Positions 57,456-64,000 of a stretch of DNA of 64,000 nucleotides are shown piece by piece. The stretch lies in the NCBI RefSeq assembly GCF_009914755.1, contig NC_060947.1. The stretch is one strand, 5' to 3'. Made by a program: the position numbers and the translations under genes. The notes under the pieces are model-generated. The model had not been told where the DNA came from. It made no database searches and worked only from the letters and a program-made list of their open reading frames with translations. The DNA comes from the human T2T-CHM13v2.0 reference genome, Homo sapiens. How positions within the stretch are numbered: position 1 is the stretch's first letter; every line of letters begins with the position of its first letter.

Positions 57456-60400
57456 GAGTCAGATATAGAAGGCTGGAGCACAGTGTAAACCATTCTGGAG
57501 TAACAAGCCTCAAATGGTGAATAATTCTTTCCCTAACTCTGGTCCACCTGCAACCTAGGAGTTAAAATAAGTATCTTGCTATGTTAAGAGTAAAGCAATA
57601 GTTACAGGCATCATATATTAGCTGTCTTGCTCCCAAAATGGTGACATTACAAACTTTTCCACTATTCCCTTTGAAAACATGCTTGCAGCCAGTTACCATT
57701 TCTTAGCTTATGATGTAGAGCTATTAAGGGAGTATTTTCACTTGTGCCAAAGAGGGTAAGCGTTTATTAGCCTTATCTTTATTGGCCAGGGAAAACTAAT
57801 TCAATTTTTTTTTGAACAAAGTATAACTGAGACTATTTTTGGAGCTTAAGATTTGTTAGAGCTGTTAACATTCAACCTTATTGATTATATTGAGAGCGCT
57901 CTTCTGATTCAAATGTAAGCAAACCACTGATGACCACTGGTCCGTATAACACATTTTACCAACAGCTCCTTCACACTGAATCCTTTAACTTGGCCAAAGG
58001 ACCCTTAAAGAACATCTAGTCCAATGTCAACATTTTATAGCTGGAGAAAGGGATGCACAGAGAGGGAAAATAACCTGTCCAAAGTCACACAGTTCTGAAA
58101 ATTGAGTGGAATTATGACTTTATACCAGAGTTCCTAATTTCCAGGTATCTTAGCCTCAGTTTCTTAAAAAATAGAGTTTGAAGCAAAAGCTATGTACGAT
58201 CCAGGGTAGTATGAGTAAGGAAAGGGTTAATGAGGGAGGGAAGAAAGAAGAACAAATAAAAAGCATGTCACTGAGTTGGCCACAGTCTGTTCCTTGGCAA
58301 GCTAATTTCGCAATTTTTTGTGACAGACCATATAAAACTACTACATCTCCATACAGCCCACGTGGTGGAGGAAAGGAGGTGAATTCATCTGCTAGCTCTC
58401 ATCTCATTAGTCAAATTCTTCCCCATGTGATATTTACCCTTCTACATTTTTGGGTAGTGCGTGATGGGCACTTAAATATGTACCTTGGCATTTCATGCTT
58501 CAGCAATAATGGGAAGGATTGTGGCTCCACTATAAACAGTAAGGCAAGTATATGAATATAGGGAGATTAAATTTAAAGTGCTACACTAGGGTGGTGCTTT
58601 TACCTTATGTCTTTAATCACATTCCTTCGAAGTAAGTTAGAGATAACCTACCACCTTTAAAGTAAATAAAGCTTTATTGTGGCTCTTAGAACTGTACTAT
58701 GTTTGCCTTCCTGAACCTATTTATTCTCTAGCTTGCTTTAAAGGGCTTCTTTTTTATATGGAAATTAATTCCCTGTTCAATTAAAGGAGTAACAAACTCT
58801 CAAAATATCTTTCTTCTTAATATAAAAAGGAATTTCATATTATTGAACTCCTCAAAAAGCATGTGTAAGTCAAAATATGTATGTGAAGGCACATATGTTC
58901 TTTTAGGTTCCATGAGCATAATAGCAGGAAAACTGGTTAAGTCAATAAATGCTGGGGAAAAAATGGCTAAACAAGGTATTCTGTAACATGAAAATAAAGC
59001 AATGAGTTGGTTGGCTGGCTTTTTAAAAAATATTTCAGCCACTAATTATGACACAGACACATTATAAGAATTATGCTACCTTTTATTCACATATACAATA
59101 GTTCCCTGTGTCCTATAGATCATTGTCACATAAAGCAAAAGCATTAGTGCCCCATTTGGACCTTTGGCCGAAGGTTTGATAAGATTTTGTAGGACTGAAA
59201 TTCTTGGTCCCTTTATCCTAGTTTAGGCCCATATCCTTATTTTCACTCTCAAAGATAAGATCATGACACTACCCGTGTTGCTGCTGTTAAAGGCCAGGAT
59301 GGACAAGATAAGGAAAGGCATTTTGGGAATGACACTGACTAATGTTAGGAATCTTGCTGTCATTACAATCCAAGTTATATATGTTTGCTCCCATATGTAT
59401 TTGTTGGCCAATCTCCTGAAAAAGAAGAAGGTAATTCTAACTCACACATTGTCATTCCCAAACTAACCCGGCAATCCTTTTGACCATACCAGGTAATAGT
59501 CATCCCTCTGATGGTAAAAGACAGAGATGTCAAGGCTCTGGAAGCTCCCAGGTCCTTGAAGAACTAACTAAACTGCTGAACACAGAAGTGGTAATGTAGG
59601 CAAGCCACAGGTATGTTCTCTTGTAACAAGATGGGGTTGACCATATGTGAACCCTGAAGAGTCATTTTGAACCTATGTCCTAAGGCCTAAAGTACTTTAA
59701 TCCTCATCTTCAAAGTCTTACCACTCTGATAACAAAAAGAAACACTACAAAGAAACTGCAAGGAAAGGGACAGTCATTTTTTTTAATATCTACCAATTAT
59801 TTAGTTATTCATATATGCATTTCTTTATATAGAAAAGTATTTATATGAAGTTTCCAAAAGACTCTGATATTCAGCTTTATAGTCTTGGATAGAAAATCAT
59901 GTGTCCTTGGATGGGGATTCACACACCAAGGCTTAACAGAATTAGTTTGGGGAATACTCATTTTTACTCTAGAGATTAGTTGGCTTAAACAACTTTACTC
60001 GTGAATTTTTTTCTTAATGGAGGTGAAGACCTCCCAAAGAGGAGAAGGCCCCAGGCCTTTCTTAATATATAAACCATATTGAAAGAAAGAAAGAAAAAAG
60101 TAATGGGAAGTAATAGTAAATGTGGATCCAGAAAGAAAAACAAAGGTTAAGAAAATGATGTATGTGAAAGAAAAAAAGCTCTATAATCAGTGTGTTTCTC
60201 TCACCTAAAACACCATTTACTAACTACTTGGTTCAGTTGTACCCTTTAACTCTATTTTGTCCTTGACTTATATCAACACTCTTCTTTTCCAAACTCCTAT
60301 AGCTCTCCATCTGGAATGATTCTATGGGGTGGGGGGTCGGGGGAGGAGAAAGGGAGACAGCAGAAGAAAGAAAGAGAGAGAAAGATAGAGAGAGAGAGAG

Positions 60401-60589
60401 AGATGGGTGGAGACTTGGCCTCTCTCCTAGAGGTTCAAAGTTAGAATATGCCACTAACACTATCTGCCTTTCAAACTCCCTTCTAGGACATGCTCCATAG
60501 TACTTAGATCTTATATCAAATGACAAGGTTTCTCTCCTTCAGAGAGAAATACCAGACTGGATTTGTGGTTTCCCTGGATTGGTTTTTTC

Positions 60590-60716
60590 TGAGTCAAAGT
60601 GGTGTTGTAGAAATCACAGTACCCCGAGACCAATTAAGTCAGAATCTTTGGAGGTGTTGAGGAATGGATTTTTAAAGTTCCCAGATGATTATAATATGCA
60701 AACAGATTTGAGAAAA
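60590..60716. mobile_element. MER5A-like fragment
   Basis: CAGAATCTTTGGAGG...TTTTAAAGTTCCCAGATGATTATAATATGCA...TTTGAGAA. Confidence 0.6.
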
Positions 60717-60721
60717 TTGAA

Positions 60722-60870
60722 TCACTTTATTCCATAAATGCAGATAGTGAGGCTAAGAGAGGGAAAGTGACTTACTCATAACCACACCGTGAGTTAGTGA
60801 CCAAGTCAGGATAAGAATCCAGGTCTGCAGACTCCTAGGCCAGAATTCTTGTCTTTATACTACACTGCTT
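60722..60870 (-). mobile_element. MIR SINE
   Basis: GAGGCTAAGAGAGGGAAAGTGACTT...GAATCCAGGTCTGCAGACTCC. Confidence 0.65.
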
Positions 60871-63224
60871 CTATCTCTACCCTATTCCTCCTCTGAGCCT
60901 TTGCTTTTCTCATCTGTAAAATGACGATAATAAAGCCTAGAGAGCGTATGAGAATCATTAAAGCAGAAGCATTTTTCTTAATGTACAAGGTTCTATACAA
61001 ATGCAAGGGAATTAATGTATAACATATATGTGGGGCTAAGTCTCTAAAACAACATAATAAAAGTTGTTTTTATTTTAGTCAATCATTTAGGTATTGTGTC
61101 TACCTGATAGCATGTAACAAGATTGAACACTTGTGTAGGTCGTATGTGCCTTTAATCTGAGGTTGGCCTCAGTGACAATCAAAATTAGCAGTTGAGGAAA
61201 AAGGTCATACATTTTTCTCTTGCCCTTGCTGGAATAGGGATCAAGAGGAATATAAAAGCAGTGGGATATCTGGATTTCTTATACTCAGTCAACCACAACA
61301 TGGCCTTAGTACTGAACTAGCCCAGGGTTTCAATGGAACTCGTAGATCTCATTCCCAAGGCTGGTCCTGGTTGAAGGGAGAAGGTCAAAAAAGGACGTGT
61401 CTTCTGAAAGGCATTACCCATGGAAAGCCAAGGGGGAGGGTGGCCCACTAGGAGGAGCTTCTTTTGTAGAAGCCAGAATGGAGGAGAGGGGCTTTCTGAC
61501 TTGGAGCATCTGAGGAAATAGATTATTTGAGGATCTAGCACTCCCAGAATAATCTGTAACCACAAGAAACACATTTCTTGAACTCCAGCGCCCCAGAACA
61601 GGATATCCATATCCAATCCCATCGTATCCATCCTGGATGTTATGAATTTCCAGAGAGGGCCACTTCTACCCCCCTAGGAGTCATACATCTGGCTACTTAT
61701 TTGTTAAAAATAAAATTCTGTACCATTTATAAAATGGGCCTCTTATGTCTTCCTTATTTTGAAATTATAATATACATTCCTAATTCATCATTCATTTTTG
61801 CCAATGATTTTTAAGTATTTATTTGAAAGTTATTTTTAAATACAAAAATATATGTATTTAATAAAGCACTTCTTTATCTTCTTATTTGAACCATACTAAA
61901 AAATGTAAAACATGCCATGATTAAACTAGGTAATTCTATATATCACATTACAAGTAAGTTTTAAAAATCTATTTGGTAAATATATTCTCATTTCATCTTG
62001 AAATACCTCCCTTTTAAGGGGAGGGTAGAGAGACAATGAATTACTGTAAATCAAGAGGCCTAAAAGTATAATGACAAATATTTATAATTCAGATTCATCT
62101 CAGGCAGGGGTTTCTTTTCAGGTAATTAAGAGGTGATGACCTATGTTCAGGAAAAATTGGGTTGTTTAGAGGCCATGTAGGGGCCTATGATTTCCTAGAA
62201 AATATAGACCCAAAGAGCTCCTTGCTGGTAATTACACCGCCGAAGAAGTTCTTATACTTTGCCTCACAACAATTAACACAAGAGCGTAGGTATGAGCTGC
62301 ATAAAGTGCAGGTGAACAGAATGAAAAATCAGACTCAATCTGTAGTTCTGAAGGAAGGGTCAAATTTGGTTGTGGTAGGTGTTAATAGTTGAAGAAACTG
62401 AAATCTATTTCAAGAGCACTTCAGATAAACAGGATGGAGACTGAAGCCAAGAAGGAGAATAAACAGTAATTACTGCATAAGAGGCTAGAGCATACCTGAA
62501 GTCCAAAAGCAGCACTGAATTTAGAATCAGAAGATATAGATAATATACAAGAGAGTGTGCAATGCAGGGAGCCATGCTTGATGGGTTTCATCTAAAGGAT
62601 TGTAGCTCCACCTTTAGCAAGTTAGCTTTTCTGTGCCTAGTTTTGAACCCAGGAACCATGACTCTAAAGATTTTGTGCTCTTAACTACTGCAATCTTCTT
62701 TTCAGTACAAAAATGGCTACATTAATAGGATTATAATGCATCCCGATTTGCCCAGGACTGTCTCAGCTAATACCTGTTTCTAAAATATTTATTAATAGTG
62801 CCTCCTTACACTCTGAGAGCGTATCTTGACATGACTTGTATATAATTTTTAATATGATGTTTAATCCCCAATTGTTTATTATCCATCATACCCCCAAACT
62901 CTGAACCTCCCTTGTTACCCAGATTACATTCCCTCTCTCCCTCTAGCATACTTGCCTGACAAAATCTGAACCTTAAGTATAATCACTTGTTCCACATTTT
63001 CATCTAAACAGCTGAATGTGATTGGAGAAAAACACAAAACGGTACATTCAAGCGTGCCCTTAGTACCACCGGGTATTATTTATTTCTCTCTTCAGTTTAT
63101 TTTCAAATCAACTCTTTAAAAGGACTGCTTCACACTTCTCTCTCATCACACCTCCAATACCCCACCTCCTCCATGCCTCCACTCCCATCCTATGACCTTG
63201 CAATATATCACTGGGAAAATAGCC

Positions 63225-63385
63225 TTTTCTTTTGAACTCACTCTAGCCAAGCTTTTAAACCAATGCTCCACCAAAATAGCTCTTTTCAATGTCACCAATG
63301 ATCCTACCTTGCTAAATCCAATGGTCAATTCTCAGTCATCTTATTCAGTTTATCACTAGCATTTGTACCAGTCCATCGTGCCGTC
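63225..63385 (+). mobile_element. L2 fragment
   Basis: GTCACCAATGATCC...GCTAAATCCAATGGTCAATTCTCAGTCATC; appears to resume near 63930. Confidence 0.65.
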
Positions 63386-63399
63386 TACATTAACAGCTA

Positions 63400-63930
63400 C
63401 CCCCACCTGAGACAATGAGCCGCATGCAGTTAGTTTATTTGAGGGAAGTGATTCAGAAAACAGGAGAAGGGACTGAGAAAGGTGAGCCAGGAAAGGAAGG
63501 AACATCAGTCCAAGGGCATGTTATTGATCTGTTTACTACTATAGGCAACTGAGGATTATTTCCACTGAAGATTATTCCCACTGAGGACTCTCTAAGGAGC
63601 CATGTAGAATGCGCCCCAGAATTTTCCATCAGACATAGAAGAGGAGAGTGTTTTTCTATCAAATCTCATCTCCCATTAATTAAGTGTAATCCTAGAGGGT
63701 GTTTACTCACTGGCACTTGCAAGTTGGCACATGATTTGGACTCACTGAGCAGGGTCCTTCAGGTGATCCACATGGTGGTGGCAGAGAAGCCCCACAGCAG
63801 GAAGCAATAGTATGAGATAAAGCTGAATGAGGTAGCATCAAGCTACACCTACATGTAGTTACTGCAGCATGGCCTGAACAAAAAGGCGGTCCATATTGAA
63901 ATATATTCTTTATTTGGCTTACAGCACACC
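63400..63930. mobile_element. Old ERVL-type LTR (LTR16/LTR33-like)
   Basis: CTGAGACAA...TAGTTTATTTGAGGGAAGTGATTCAGAAAACAGG...GTGAGCCAGGAAAGG resembles these LTRs; it interrupts the L2. Confidence 0.45.
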
Positions 63931-64000
63931 ACACTCTGCTGATTCTCCTCTCACCTCATTGATCGCTCCCTCTCCAAGCCCTTTGATAGTTCTTCCTCAT

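Larger units (their letters stand above)
53978..61885 (+). other. SPRY3: Putative long SPRY3 3'UTR (end uncertain)
   Basis: No canonical AATAAA spotted until ~57215. Distal AATAAA at 61056, 61709 and 61860, followed by U-rich sequence. SPRY3 is known to have a long 3'UTR. Confidence 0.5.

Overview
This is primate, almost certainly human, genomic DNA containing the SPRY3 locus, which by established knowledge lies in pseudoautosomal region 2 (Xq28/Yq12). The only credible protein-coding gene is SPRY3: an intronless 288-aa CDS at 53111-53977 (+). Upstream are a non-coding exon ending at a GT donor (47368/47369) and a ~300-bp GA-rich promoter tract; downstream is a very long putative 3'UTR with several candidate AATAAA signals out to ~61.9 kb. 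The first ~45 kb are mostly decayed transposons. They include a nested stack (old L1M > Tigger1 > L1MA-type > Alu, near-full-length L1PA, piggyBac-derived MER75), a 3'-truncated older L1PA carrying a MER11 solo LTR, plus L1PB/L1MB/L2/MIR/MER1B/MER5A/MLT1A copies. Nearly all other ORFs in the track are TE remnants or low-complexity artefacts. I found no evidence of a wholly new multi-gene system. The most interesting signals are a SPRY3 leader with five uAUGs (an exon-spanning uORF, a start-stop and an overlapping uORF), a (GTTTT)n repeat positioned as the polypyrimidine tract of an internal acceptor, a non-B-DNA cluster at the promoter, a cryptic 3'UTR acceptor, and several templated-insertion or fold-back repair scars. 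Repeat subfamily names come from recalled consensus features and need RepeatMasker/Dfam confirmation.
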